In this document: positions 46,775-57,183 of the stretch, one piece after another | Numbering within the stretch: the first letter of the stretch is position 1 | How the letters are laid out: each line of letters starts with the position of its first letter | IMG/VR virus record: IMGVR_UViG_3300025138_000041 | Location: 1 to 61,380 of that record | DNA length: 61,380 nucleotides | DNA from: a virus | Taxonomy: Duplodnaviria > Caudoviricetes | Strand: one strand, 5' to 3' | Translations under genes and position numbers: made by a program | The notes under the pieces: generated by a model | Seen by the model: the letters and a program-made list of their open reading frames with translations, nothing else | Told to the model about the DNA's origin: nothing | The model's database searches: none

Positions 46775-46860
46775 TTGACACACAACACACAATCTGATAT
46801 AATACAGCAATACTATAAAAATAATACAGCAATATTTCAGCACATATAGGAGAATAAAAT
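46775..46860 (+). promoter_or_regulatory. gp32 promoter and repeat-containing leader
   Basis: TTGACA-N17-TATAAT; taatacagcaata twice plus tttcagcacata; AGGAG RBS. Confidence 0.75.
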
Positions 46861-47742
46861 ATGTCTTTTGCAAACTTAAAACGCAATCGTAATACGATTG
46901 AAAAACTAACCGCTGCCGCACAATCGGCACAAACTTCAACAAAGTCTTATGTTGATGAACGCATGTGGAAACCCACTGTAGATAAACAGAATAATGGTTA
47001 TGCTGTTATTCGATTTCTACCAGCTAATGAAGGTTCTGATCTGCCATGGGCAAAATATTGGGATCACGCATTTAAAGGTCCAACTGGTAAATGGTATATC
47101 GAAAAGTCTTTAACTTCTATTGAACAAGACGATCCAGTAGGTAAACTGAATAGTACTCTATGGAATTCAGGTATTGAAGCTGATAAAGAAACAGCGCGTC
47201 GGCAAAAACGTCGATTGCATCATGTTTCGAATATCATGGTAGTATCTGATCCTGGTAATCCAGAGAATGAAGGCAAAGTTTTCATGTATCAGTATGGTAA
47301 GAAAATCTTTGATAAAATCATGGATGCTATGACACCAGAATTTGCAGATGAAACTCCGATGAACCCATTCGATTTTTGGGAAGGCGCAGATTTCAAACTG
47401 AAGATTCGTGACGTTGAGGGCTATCGCAACTATGATAAATCTGAATTTTCTTCAGTTCGGACATTGTCTGAGGATGATGAAAAGCTTGAACAGATTTATA
47501 ATAATCTTCATAACATACAAGAGTTTACCGATCCATCAAAGTATAAATCATATGCTGAATTGGAAACTAAAATGCATGCCGTTCTAGGAACTACAGTGCA
47601 ACCAACTATGCAACAGCAAGCATCTTTGGGTGAAGAGGTAGCACCACCATCTATGCCAGCGACACCACCACCAAGTGCAGACACTTCTGCCGATGATGGT
47701 GATGATACAATGAACTATTTCGCTAGTCTAGTAAACGACTAA
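46861..47742 (+). CDS. gp32: single-stranded DNA-binding protein
   Basis: DERMWK..DK..NGYAVIRFLP, WYIE.S, YGKKIFDKI, NPFDFWEGADFKLK, NYDKSEF; acidic tail. Confidence 0.95.
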   Translation: MSFANLKRNRNTIEKLTAAAQSAQTSTKSYVDERMWKPTVDKQNNGYAVIRFLPANEGSDLPWAKYWDHAFKGPTGKWYIEKSLTSIEQDDPVGKLNSTLWNSGIEADKETARRQKRRLHHVSNIMVVSDPGNPENEGKVFMYQYGKKIFDKIMDAMTPEFADETPMNPFDFWEGADFKLKIRDVEGYRNYDKSEFSSVRTLSEDDEKLEQIYNNLHNIQEFTDPSKYKSYAELETKMHAVLGTTVQPTMQQQASLGEEVAPPSMPATPPPSADTSADDGDDTMNYFASLVND

Positions 47743-50495
47743 CGAACTTCTATTGCTACATCACTAGCATCAACAGAGGCGGGAACACCATCACCACTAA
47801 AATTATTATTATTTTGGACGATGTTGGTCCCGCCTTCATTATATTCTACTGAAGCTCCCATAGGATGAGGTATACGATTTGAATTGAACAATAATCTATT
47901 TTTTTCATTAGCTTGTTCTAACATATACTGACTTTCAAATCCTGCTGCCGATGCACGTATCTTAGTTTTAATAACTGATCTAGCAGCCTCATTAATTTCA
48001 TCATCAGTATATATTTTTTTATTTCTGTGTAATGCTAACGAAAGTTTATTATAATTTTCAAGTAAAATTGCAGCATCACTAACAGTTTGTCCTATATTAC
48101 CTGTACCAGGAATATAGTCTATCCCTTTGCCTGCATAGTGAGTCATAAAGTCTATTCCACCAAAAATGCCTCGAAGAATACCTTCACCGCCACCTATTGT
48201 TGCAGCTTTTGCTTTCTCTCCAGTAGATGCGTTAGGTCCTAGATTAGATAAAGCGCCACTTGCACCCGTATAAGCATCATATGCAGTTAAAGCTACTCCC
48301 GTAGCAGTTAAAGCTGCGGCGGTAATCGGTGCAGATACCGCTGCTCCTACCATTCCAGCGCCTGCAGTAACAAACTTTAAAATTTTAGAACCGTATTTTT
48401 TTGATACGCCTGTTTTATTTCCACTGACTCTCGCATTCATTAAATCTGCATTTATTTCCATACTTTTAGCTTTATCTAAAAATCTAGAATATCTTGAACC
48501 ATCAGAATTTTTTCCCTTTTCTCCCCACATTTGAGTGCCGTCTTTTGCAAATCCTGCTTTATAATACTCTTTCGACATTGCTCTTTGTGCAGTACCAGGA
48601 CCATCCATTCTACCACTTCTAATTATATCAGGTCTTCCACTAACGTCTACATTACCAGGAGTATAACCTCTACTCATAGCAGGATTATATCCCATTAGTG
48701 ATGCTCTAGGAGCAGTTCCTGCTATATTATCGGGCACAAAATTTCTACCCATACCCGGATTATATCCCATGAGTAATGCTCTAGGAGCAGTTGCGGCAAC
48801 ATTGCCAGGAATATAGCGTCTACCCATCTGTGGATTATATCCCATTAGTGATGCTCTAGGTGCTGTTCCTGCTATATTATCTGGTACGAAATTTCTGCTC
48901 ATCTGGGGATTATATCCCATTAGTGATGCTCTAGGTGCTGTTCCTGCTATATTATCTGGTACGAAATTTCTGCTAAATCTCGCTGCAGCCGTTGCTCTTA
49001 TTATATCAAGTGTTGGCAACTTACTTGTCGTTGGCTTAACTTTTGGACTTTCAGTCTCTAGCATAATTGTTGCTAATGGTTTTGATGCAACTTTTCTTGG
49101 ACCTTCAGTCTCTATCAAAGAGTAAAGTAAGCTTTTTTTAATATTACCTTTTGGCTTTGGACTTTCTGTTACTAATTGTGATGCTAAATTACCGGGTCCT
49201 ACTCTACCAGGAACATTTGGCTTAGATTCAGATAATATATCAAGTGCAGCAAAATTGACAGCACTTCTACCGCCCGGCACGCCAGGATCTTTAAATATAT
49301 CTCCGTATAGCATCTTTAGCTTAGTGTCAGATTGCATTGCTATTCTTCTAGCATCAGCTTGAGCCGTAGTCATTCCACCATAAACTGGTGGTCTCTCAAC
49401 TTGATTACCTGTGCCGCTACGACTACCATTATTTCCTCTATTATTTCTATCGCCATCTCCGTCACCGTCACCACCAAAACCAGGCATCATTGACGCAAAT
49501 CCACCTACAGTAGCGATAGTACCAACAACCGCAGCAAGAGTGCCTTTATTTAATAATTTTGTCCACCATTTTCCTCTATTTGCTCTAGCATTTCTGCTAT
49601 TATTTCTTGCAGCATCTGGTCCGCCAAGACGATTATTAGCTTGCCTTCTAGCTAATCTGTTTACAGCTTTAGTTAAGTTATTAGTAGCAGTACTTAAAGT
49701 GCTTATAGAACCTCTAAGAGTTTTGCCACCTATCATTTTGGCTCCAAGCAATGCAGCTTTGATTCCGACCATTGCGAGTTTAATTGCAGCAAATGCAGCT
49801 AAAGACTTTTCAAATATTCCTAGTTCACCAAACACGCTTTCAACATATGTTTCGAATTTGATATAAGTATCTGTCAGAAGTTTTATTCCTGAACTTAATA
49901 TTTTAATAGGACCTTTTAGTAGAGGAAATTCAGTTTCGAATGAAGTTACAAAGTTAGAGACTGTATTTTTTATAGATGTAATAGCTTCTGAAAGCGAAGG
50001 AATATTTTTTAACCACTCAGTCATTTGTTTACCAAATAAACCTGTGCCAAAAATATCTTTTGTTGCTTTATTAATAATGTCGAGTAAACTTATTCCTTGA
50101 AGACCTAACGCATTTTTAATCTCTTTCACTATAGAGCCAAGACCAACACCAGCTATAGATGCTAATGCTATTTTAGTAAACGCACCACCACGCATAAATG
50201 TATCTAAAATACTAGATGCCATATTTTTTGTAGTGCTTAAAGGATTTTTTACGGCCTTTACAACTCCTGAACCTGTAATTCTAGAAGTAGAATTTTTTTT
50301 TCGGGTTTCTTTTCTATTTTTTTCTAAATTATCTAGACGGGTATTTTTTGCAGCAAATTCTGTACTTAATTTAAGCGACTGAATTTCGCTCTTAATTTCA
50401 CTAAGAACTTCCGTATTATTTTTCTGGACTTCAACAGACTCAGTTGAGAGTTTGTTTTGTTCCTTTATCAGATTTACAGTATCGCTAATTGACAT
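47739..50495 (-). CDS. tape-measure-like / baseplate hub protein
   Basis: 918 aa, helical Ala/Gly-rich, internal repeats, follows gp26/gp51. Confidence 0.6.
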   Translation of the reverse strand: MSISDTVNLIKEQNKLSTESVEVQKNNTEVLSEIKSEIQSLKLSTEFAAKNTRLDNLEKNRKETRKKNSTSRITGSGVVKAVKNPLSTTKNMASSILDTFMRGGAFTKIALASIAGVGLGSIVKEIKNALGLQGISLLDIINKATKDIFGTGLFGKQMTEWLKNIPSLSEAITSIKNTVSNFVTSFETEFPLLKGPIKILSSGIKLLTDTYIKFETYVESVFGELGIFEKSLAAFAAIKLAMVGIKAALLGAKMIGGKTLRGSISTLSTATNNLTKAVNRLARRQANNRLGGPDAARNNSRNARANRGKWWTKLLNKGTLAAVVGTIATVGGFASMMPGFGGDGDGDGDRNNRGNNGSRSGTGNQVERPPVYGGMTTAQADARRIAMQSDTKLKMLYGDIFKDPGVPGGRSAVNFAALDILSESKPNVPGRVGPGNLASQLVTESPKPKGNIKKSLLYSLIETEGPRKVASKPLATIMLETESPKVKPTTSKLPTLDIIRATAAARFSRNFVPDNIAGTAPRASLMGYNPQMSRNFVPDNIAGTAPRASLMGYNPQMGRRYIPGNVAATAPRALLMGYNPGMGRNFVPDNIAGTAPRASLMGYNPAMSRGYTPGNVDVSGRPDIIRSGRMDGPGTAQRAMSKEYYKAGFAKDGTQMWGEKGKNSDGSRYSRFLDKAKSMEINADLMNARVSGNKTGVSKKYGSKILKFVTAGAGMVGAAVSAPITAAALTATGVALTAYDAYTGASGALSNLGPNASTGEKAKAATIGGGEGILRGIFGGIDFMTHYAGKGIDYIPGTGNIGQTVSDAAILLENYNKLSLALHRNKKIYTDDEINEAARSVIKTKIRASAAGFESQYMLEQANEKNRLLFNSNRIPHPMGASVEYNEGGTNIVQNNNNFSGDGVPASVDASDVAIEVR
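48655..48975 (-). repeat. 75-bp (25-aa) tandem repeat, about 4.3 copies
   Basis: RNFVPDNIAGTAPRASLMGYNPQMS units spaced 75 nt apart. Confidence 0.9.
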
Positions 50496-50498
50496 ATC

Positions 50499-50687
50499 TT
50501 ATCCTTGATTTTGTGTCTTTATTCTATCGTTTTCTTCCTGAATATGCTGTATCAATAATGTAAGATAAATTTCTCTTTCCCAAGGCATCATATTATCAAG
50601 TTCTGTTAATGAATATTTATGATCGTGCATTAATGTAAAATTTGTCTTATAATGACTTATTAAGTTATCATGAGAAAGAGCGATTAA
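50499..50687 (-). CDS. gp51: gp51-like baseplate assembly protein, probably reached by -1 frameshift from gp26 (not in track)
   Basis: LIALSHDNLISHYKTNFTLMHDHKYSLTELDNMMPWEREIY...; first ATG only at 50630. Confidence 0.75.
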   Translation of the reverse strand, partial: LIALSHDNLISHYKTNFTLMHDHKYSLTELDNMMPWEREIYLTLLIQHIQEENDRIKTQNQG

Positions 50688-51394
50688 AAAAAATCGTCTA
50701 AGCCTTGTAGTACCACATCATTTTTATGTTGACACTCTTTACATTCAAAAGTAATTTCGTGCTTTAATTTAGGAATATCTTGTAACCAATCTCTAATTTT
50801 TTCAAACTGTTGTGAAGATAAAGATTCTAAAAATTCTTGAATTTCTTCTTCCGTTTCATCTTTAAGATCAAATCTACCATCTTCTGTTTCTAGAACATCC
50901 ATACATTCTGAAATTAATTTAAATGTTCGTTCAATCTCAGTTTCTTCATTGCCATCATTAGCAACTTCCATAACTGCTGTAAAATTTGGATATTTCATGT
51001 GAAGATTAATATCTTCAGTAATTTGTATAGACTTTTCTAAAGTAGCTTTTGAAACTGCTACCTTAGATAAATCAATTTCATTATCATTATGCGATTCACA
51101 CTTTTGACATTGAATTGTTATTGTAGTTCTTTCCCCCACAGATTTCGATCTTAGGTTTAAAAACATATATTCGATATCATATGAAGTTAAAGACTTTCTA
51201 TCAAATTCACCTTCAACACATGCCATAATAGTATCGATAATAGCATTAACGGTAGCTTTTTGACTGCCGCTTTCCATAGCTATCATTAATATTTTTTCTT
51301 CTTTAACAAGATAAGGTCTAAATTTAACCTTGCTCTGTAAAGATGGAATTGTCATTTCATATTTTGGACTATCATTTAATTTAGGTAATGCCAT
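50684..51394 (-). CDS. gp26: baseplate hub subunit/assembly chaperone
   Basis: MALPKL..P.YE..IPS...FRPYLVKEEKIL, DIEY.FL.LRSKSVGE, two CxxC, ends GLDDFF. Confidence 0.9.
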   Translation of the reverse strand: MALPKLNDSPKYEMTIPSLQSKVKFRPYLVKEEKILMIAMESGSQKATVNAIIDTIMACVEGEFDRKSLTSYDIEYMFLNLRSKSVGERTTITIQCQKCESHNDNEIDLSKVAVSKATLEKSIQITEDINLHMKYPNFTAVMEVANDGNEETEIERTFKLISECMDVLETEDGRFDLKDETEEEIQEFLESLSSQQFEKIRDWLQDIPKLKHEITFECKECQHKNDVVLQGLDDFF

Positions 51395-52039
51395 TTATTC
51401 ACTTCTCCAATCAGTGTATGATAATTGTATGGAAACTTCTACTAAGCCTCCTTGTTCGCTATTCATTTCAATAGAATTTAGTGTTGTAGGAAACGCCTTT
51501 TCTAGAACACATGTATATATTACCTTCTCTAAAGCAGTATCTTTTGCTTTGCCATCAAACTGTAAAGGTCCTCTGCGACCACGGCGCGCAATTGCGCTAC
51601 GTGAGGCTTGTGGATTAAAATTTTCTTCTAGTGCAGCTAGTTGATGTATCCTGACTTGTTTTCCATATCCTCCAGGGCCAGTTTTATACCCTAATTCATA
51701 TGTTTGCTGATTTACCGCTAAGTTTTGCCAAGCTTCAAAATATTTTTTAACATTATAATCATTTTGCACATAAAAAGAAAAAGTTATATCATCAACAGCA
51801 AATCCGTTTGCCATTTTCTCAATTCTTAATCCCATAACTTTCTGTAAAGTTGTTACCTGTCTACCAGGTAAACTGACATTTTTACACATTATATTTAAAT
51901 CCGAAATAGACATATGATTTCCAGGAACGCTTTGAGGTAATTCAACCATAAACTTATTAGGTCTTGCAAGTCCTGCAGAACCTGATGATATTTTAGCTTT
52001 AAAATCATCTAATGAAGCCGGTACTGTAAATTGGGTCAT
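51395..52039 (-). CDS. gp54: baseplate tail-tube initiator
   Basis: GLARPNKF.V, C..VSLPG, FE.WQ, AFP; gp19-like fold; synteny. Confidence 0.75.
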   Translation of the reverse strand: MTQFTVPASLDDFKAKISSGSAGLARPNKFMVELPQSVPGNHMSISDLNIMCKNVSLPGRQVTTLQKVMGLRIEKMANGFAVDDITFSFYVQNDYNVKKYFEAWQNLAVNQQTYELGYKTGPGGYGKQVRIHQLAALEENFNPQASRSAIARRGRRGPLQFDGKAKDTALEKVIYTCVLEKAFPTTLNSIEMNSEQGGLVEVSIQLSYTDWRSE

Positions 52040-52629
52040 TTTTTAAAGCTTTCTCTGGATTGTTTATGAACATATGCTTGCGATTGCTTCTGAAAATCTG
52101 CCGTAGGCAAAAATGCAGCAATTTCCCACTCAGGCGCTGGAACTAATGCATAACGACTTCTGACTTGGTTTTTTAAATAATGTTTTAAGCAGGGTTTAAA
52201 ATATTTTAATTTAGCTGAACCTTGCAATAACTCATACGACAAGTCAAATTTTGTTGTAGCATTAAATTTTTCATTATTTGTTATTTTAAGTAAAGAATCT
52301 AAAAACTTTGCTCTCAATGTCATTGGTAGATAGTGCAAATTCAGTCCCATAAAACCACCTTTTGCTGGACCTATAACAATAGTCAAAGGAAAACTGTCAT
52401 AATATGGAAGTGTTTCTCTATGCTTTGGCTGATAAAAATACATATACATATTTCCAATGCCGTGCGTGTTTCTTAATTTTAAAGGCCTTTCTTGTAACAA
52501 CTCGGATCGTTTCTTTGCTCTGCCCATAGCTTTCGCTTTACCTTGAAACCATTTTATAGATTCCTTAGTTCTGGGAGTTATTCCAGCCCGAAAAGCTTCA
52601 ATCTCTAGTGTGTCGAAAATGCCTGCCAT
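52036..52629 (-). CDS. gp2: DNA end protector protein
   Basis: Y.PKH.ETLPYYD.FPL, GF.GLNLHYLP, KPC.KHYL, EWEIA.FLP. Confidence 0.9.
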   Translation of the reverse strand: MAGIFDTLEIEAFRAGITPRTKESIKWFQGKAKAMGRAKKRSELLQERPLKLRNTHGIGNMYMYFYQPKHRETLPYYDSFPLTIVIGPAKGGFMGLNLHYLPMTLRAKFLDSLLKITNNEKFNATTKFDLSYELLQGSAKLKYFKPCLKHYLKNQVRSRYALVPAPEWEIAAFLPTADFQKQSQAYVHKQSRESFKK

Positions 52630-52653
52630 AAAATCTCTCTAATTACTTATCTT

Positions 52654-52661
52654 TATTTATA
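52654..52661 (-). promoter_or_regulatory. T4-type late promoter
   Basis: TATAAATA on minus strand upstream of gp2. Confidence 0.7.
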
Positions 52662-52667
52662 TCAATT

Positions 52668-53150
52668 TTATAAACGTTTCATTTTAGGCAGAGGCTTCAA
52701 TTTTTTTAGTTGCTTGGGCATTATTCCTAATGCAGTTAGTTCTTTCTCTGTCCATATTTGAAATTTCCAACCCCTATCTTTCGCAAAAGATTCAGCAGCT
52801 TTCCATTTATTCATATTTTTAACGTAAGACATGCCTTCATTGATATATCGCTTAGTTTTCTTACCCGAAAATTTTGGTGGCATAGTTTGAACTGCTGGCT
52901 TAATTTCAACTAAAGTAACGCCTTCTACAGTTTTTATTTTTAAATCCATAAAATATCTATGATATCTTTTATCTACATCATAGAAATATGGTATGACTAC
53001 TTCCTCGCTAGACCATTCTAATATATGATCCATCTTATCGCACCAAGTAAATGCGTAAAGTTCCCAACCAGATCTATAAACGACATTATCAGCATCGCCT
53101 TTATATTTCTTTCGGTTTTTTATTTTATATTTGCCAGAGTGCGTTTTCAT
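52668..53150 (-). CDS. gp4: head completion protein (TnsA-like nuclease fold), start reassigned
   Basis: KYKGD...YRS.WE, WSSEE..IPY, HRYF.D, EIKP, N..KW.AA, TEKEL. Confidence 0.9.
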   Translation of the reverse strand: MKTHSGKYKIKNRKKYKGDADNVVYRSGWELYAFTWCDKMDHILEWSSEEVVIPYFYDVDKRYHRYFMDLKIKTVEGVTLVEIKPAVQTMPPKFSGKKTKRYINEGMSYVKNMNKWKAAESFAKDRGWKFQIWTEKELTALGIMPKQLKKLKPLPKMKRL

Positions 53151-53157
53151 AATCTCA

Positions 53158-53187
53158 TATAAATAATAGTAACTATTTTTATTTATA
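53158..53187. promoter_or_regulatory. oppositely oriented late promoters for gp48 (+) and gp4 (-)
   Basis: TATAAATA + 53158-53165 and - 53180-53187. Confidence 0.75.
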
Positions 53188-53199
53188 TCGGAAATTAAA

Positions 53200-54219
53200 A
53201 TGCAATCACATATCTTTCCCATAGAAGATCAAGACACTTATGCTGCAAGAATACAATTCTCAGTACACGAGGTAACTCCTCCTTCGGTTACAGATAGTGT
53301 GAAATTTTCCGCTAAAAATGCAGCCTCATCAACAGATAGCTTATCGGATGCAGATTTAAGTGGCACAGGAGATCCTGGATTAAACGCCGCTGTTGCTGCC
53401 GCAACACCTACCTTTGATCAACAAGCAAGATCGACTCAGGGAAAACTATTGACTCCTTTAACAATAAGTGCTACACCCAGAGAAAGATGTATTTTATACA
53501 TGCCGCAAAGTATTCAAGTTCAAGATGGAGTTCAATATGATAATGTCGAACTGGGTGTTTTAGGAACTGCTATGAAAGATATGTTGAGTGCTGGAGCAAC
53601 TGGATTATCAGCGGGATCAAAAGCTATTGGTGCATCACTCACAAGCTTTTTAAAGGGTAATACAACAGCAACAGACCAATCAAGAGTTGCATTAACAAGA
53701 CTTGCTAATTTTGGCGGAAGTGCAGTTTCTGGTGCAACTAGAATGGCATTACAAACAGCCCCTAATCCTAATGTCCGTGCTATATTTAAAGCAGTGAGTC
53801 TTAGAGAACCAGCATTTACATTTAAGTTGATTCCAAAAAGTAAAAGAGAGTCCGAAGAAATAATAAAAATTGTAGACTTTTTCAGAGAAAATATGTATCC
53901 AGAAGAAATAACAGATAATATTGCAGGCACGGATATACCTATTGGTTATAAATTTCCAGACTTATTCAGAGTTAAAATTTTATATAACAATAGAGAAAGA
54001 CGCGAACCTGTGATGAAATATAAAGACATGTATCTTAAAAGTTTTTCAGCAAACTTTAATAGCAGTGGAATGGGATTTCATGAGGGTGGTGATTTTTCTG
54101 AAGTAGATATAACAGTGAATTTCATTGAATCAGAAACTTTAAGTCGAAACGATGTTAGAAATCAAAGAAATGAAAATAGACGTGGATTTATTCCATTCGC
54201 TAATCAAGGAATAACATAA
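53200..54219 (+). CDS. gp48: baseplate tail-tube cap
   Basis: LYMP, NPN...F....R...F.FKLIPKS..E, P..F.V, F.E.E.L. Confidence 0.85.
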   Translation: MQSHIFPIEDQDTYAARIQFSVHEVTPPSVTDSVKFSAKNAASSTDSLSDADLSGTGDPGLNAAVAAATPTFDQQARSTQGKLLTPLTISATPRERCILYMPQSIQVQDGVQYDNVELGVLGTAMKDMLSAGATGLSAGSKAIGASLTSFLKGNTTATDQSRVALTRLANFGGSAVSGATRMALQTAPNPNVRAIFKAVSLREPAFTFKLIPKSKRESEEIIKIVDFFRENMYPEEITDNIAGTDIPIGYKFPDLFRVKILYNNRERREPVMKYKDMYLKSFSANFNSSGMGFHEGGDFSEVDITVNFIESETLSRNDVRNQRNENRRGFIPFANQGIT

Positions 54220-54950
54220 TGAGTTACTTTAGACCATTTCCTACAACATTATATAAATTTGGAAAAGAGACTCATGATACAGTCATTCAAAATATTAGCG
54301 CATATTCGGATATTTTAGATCACGTTAAAGAAAATAATGTGACTTATGAAAAATATGAAATATTAGAAGGAGAAAGACCCGACACTCTGTCTTTAAAATT
54401 GTATGGAAGTACAGAGTTTTATTGGACATTCTTTTTCATGAATGATCATATTAGAAAGAATGGATTTCCCATTTCTACTAATGAAGTAACGAAATGGACA
54501 AAAAAACAATTCAATGATACTGTTCTAGTAACAAGAGATTTATTTTTTGATAAGATGTTGAGCGGAGACACAGTAGTAGGACAAACTTCAGGTACAGTAG
54601 GTGTGATAGAGCAAAGGCAGCTTGATCTTGGTCAAATTGTAATTCAAGGAAAAAAATCATTCTCAACTACTGGAGAAGTTATACAAAAGCAAGGCGATCC
54701 TACACAGACTGTAACTATTCAACCCAGTGATGATAGATCAGAACATTTAGCTTTAAGACATTATGTAAATTCTGAAGGCAATCAAGTTGACGTTGATCCT
54801 ACAGTAGGAGAACCAGGAATATATACAGAGATAACAAATCTTCAACATTATATCAATTTGAATAATTCAAATAAAATTATAAAAGTATTGAAAAGAGAAA
54901 GTGTTTCTCAAATACACACCCTTTACAAAAAATCATTATTGGCAGTCTAA
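54219..54950 (+). CDS. gp53: baseplate wedge subunit
   Basis: MSYF..FP, I.EGERPD.LS.KLYG...YW. Confidence 0.85.
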   Translation: MSYFRPFPTTLYKFGKETHDTVIQNISAYSDILDHVKENNVTYEKYEILEGERPDTLSLKLYGSTEFYWTFFFMNDHIRKNGFPISTNEVTKWTKKQFNDTVLVTRDLFFDKMLSGDTVVGQTSGTVGVIEQRQLDLGQIVIQGKKSFSTTGEVIQKQGDPTQTVTIQPSDDRSEHLALRHYVNSEGNQVDVDPTVGEPGIYTEITNLQHYINLNNSNKIIKVLKRESVSQIHTLYKKSLLAV

Positions 54951-56314
54951 TGGAATCGAGAATAAAAGATCCAGTTAATGCTACGGATTATACGCTTGTT
55001 AGCTTGAAAGTATCAAGTGATAGAATGACTAATTCAAATAAAGAGATTGAACTAAAAGGAGTTTCAATTGAAATTAACATATTCGAACATTTGGAAAAGC
55101 CATACTTAACTGGAACAGTAGTTATATTAGATAATGCAGATTTAAATAGTACAGTGGGTTTTCTGGGTTGTGAAAAAATGACAGTGAAAATTGCCACAGA
55201 TAATGATAGTCTTACTACAATTGAAAAAGTTTTTTATATAACAAATGTTGCTAATAGTATTCAGGCCAATACAAATAATAAAATTTTAGTACTTGATATT
55301 TTAGAAGATATAGCTTTTGTATCAAGACAAAAAAGAATTTCTCAGTCATATGACGGAACACCGAATATGATTATTAAGAAAATGTTGAATGAGCATCTTA
55401 AAAGAAAATTGCGCGACATTACTATATCAATTCATACTGATGGACCTATGAGAGTTGTAGTGCCAAATATGACTCCGCTTCAAGCATTATCTTGGATTAA
55501 AGATCGTGCTATATCTGAAAATGGATTACCATTTTATCTTTTTTCAACTATCTGTGATGATGATATTAGATTTTTAGACTTAGAAAAAATTATGGAAAAT
55601 CCTCCACTCAATCAAGATGCTATGCCATATACTTACAGTAGTGCGTATGGAAGTAATCTCAGTAAATTTAATAAATTCGTACAGTCTTTCATAATTCAAG
55701 GAGTTAAAGCATCTAGCAAAGTCAATCAATTGCAGTTTGCCCAAGAAGGATTATTATCTTCAACTTACGACTATTTTGATACTACTGTGGGATTTTCCAG
55801 TGAAGAAAAGCATAATATTGATGAATTTTATAATGAATTGAGAGAAAAAAATATTATAAAAGTAAATCAAAGTGAGGGTTTGATCGATAACACTTCTATA
55901 GTTGACGATAAAAAATCGCACGAATTTGATACAAAACACATATCTCAAATAATAACAGGCAACATATTTAGCGATGGTATATTCAATTATTATGAATCCA
56001 AAGATCATTCATTTAAAGCTAAGAAAAAGTCAATAAATAGATTGATGCAAAAAGATGCTATTGATATTACCGTTGCTGGTAAGAATTTTCTGAGCAGTGA
56101 CAAAAACGTTTCAATTGGTAATAGTATTCTTTTAAAATTTATGAGTAGTATGGATCAATTGAACTTACAAAATACGACACCGGAAGAAGAATATATTGAT
56201 CATAAGAAAAGTGGAAATTATATGATATATGCCGCAAGACATATTTTTTCAGGAAATAGCTATAACACCGTCCTGTCCTGTACTAAAATATCAGAAAAGG
56301 TAGCTAATTCATGA
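54950..56314 (+). CDS. baseplate hub protein (gp27-like position)
   Basis: INIFE....YLTG...I.D, SGNY.I...RH.F; between gp53 and gp5. Confidence 0.65.
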   Translation: MESRIKDPVNATDYTLVSLKVSSDRMTNSNKEIELKGVSIEINIFEHLEKPYLTGTVVILDNADLNSTVGFLGCEKMTVKIATDNDSLTTIEKVFYITNVANSIQANTNNKILVLDILEDIAFVSRQKRISQSYDGTPNMIIKKMLNEHLKRKLRDITISIHTDGPMRVVVPNMTPLQALSWIKDRAISENGLPFYLFSTICDDDIRFLDLEKIMENPPLNQDAMPYTYSSAYGSNLSKFNKFVQSFIIQGVKASSKVNQLQFAQEGLLSSTYDYFDTTVGFSSEEKHNIDEFYNELREKNIIKVNQSEGLIDNTSIVDDKKSHEFDTKHISQIITGNIFSDGIFNYYESKDHSFKAKKKSINRLMQKDAIDITVAGKNFLSSDKNVSIGNSILLKFMSSMDQLNLQNTTPEEEYIDHKKSGNYMIYAARHIFSGNSYNTVLSCTKISEKVANS

Positions 56315-57183
56315 GTATTTCTGGAGAATATTACGGAGATAATTTTAGATGGTTCTTCGGTGTTGTTGAAAATAACAATGATCCATTGAAATTAGGTCGC
56401 GTTCAAGTTAGAGTTCATGGATTACATTCTCAAAACTTGACTGATATTCCTTTGAGTAGTTTGCCTTGGGCACAAGTTGTACTTCCTTCAACAGAAGGCG
56501 GTATATCAGGTATTGGTAGAATGGGCAAAATATTGCCTGGAGCGCAGGTATTTGGATTTTTTATGGATTCTAAAAACTCTCAATTGCCTATGGTAATAGG
56601 ATCATTTCACACAACAGAGAAAAGTTTACCTAATACATATAAATCAAATGGAAATACAAGTAGTAAAGCATTAGATAATGGAGAAGATGGTTCATCTTAT
56701 ACAAGATTAGCTGGACATCCATCTGGCAGTACAATTACTTATAACGGTAGTGAATTAACAGGTTCAACTAATGGAGAACAGTGCTATAATTTCTATCTTG
56801 CTAATGGGTTTACTCCTAATCAAAGTGCAGGAATTTGTGGCAACTTTGCTGCAGAATCTAATCTAAAACCAGATGTTTTAAACCCTAATGATCTAGGAAA
56901 ACCTGCATTTGGATTAGCACAATGGAGAGGTGACAGACGAGCAGGTCTAAAAGATTTTTCTTCGGATCACGGTTTAAGCTATAGAACATTAGAAGCACAG
57001 CTACTTTGGTCTATGCACGAATTTAGAAATGCAGAAAAACGCGCATATGGTAAAATAATTGCAGCGAACACTCTGAAAGAAGCTACATATGCTGTAGAAA
57101 AATATTATGAAAGACCTCAACCGGGAACATTTAGTAAGAGGTATAATTTTGCTAGGCAAGTATTAGAGAGGTATTCGCAATGA
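56311..57183 (+). CDS. gp5: gp5 N-terminal OB domain fused to phage-tail-lysozyme domain
   Basis: WFFGVVE...DPLKLGRV.VRV.G.H...LPWA, V.GFF.D; GN..AES, GLAQW...R, YERP. Confidence 0.85.
   Translation: MSISGEYYGDNFRWFFGVVENNNDPLKLGRVQVRVHGLHSQNLTDIPLSSLPWAQVVLPSTEGGISGIGRMGKILPGAQVFGFFMDSKNSQLPMVIGSFHTTEKSLPNTYKSNGNTSSKALDNGEDGSSYTRLAGHPSGSTITYNGSELTGSTNGEQCYNFYLANGFTPNQSAGICGNFAAESNLKPDVLNPNDLGKPAFGLAQWRGDRRAGLKDFSSDHGLSYRTLEAQLLWSMHEFRNAEKRAYGKIIAANTLKEATYAVEKYYERPQPGTFSKRYNFARQVLERYSQ

Noticed and set aside
53151-53222. Long N-terminus of gp4 overlapping gp48
   Set aside because: Spans the two late promoters; ATG 53150 fits the family start
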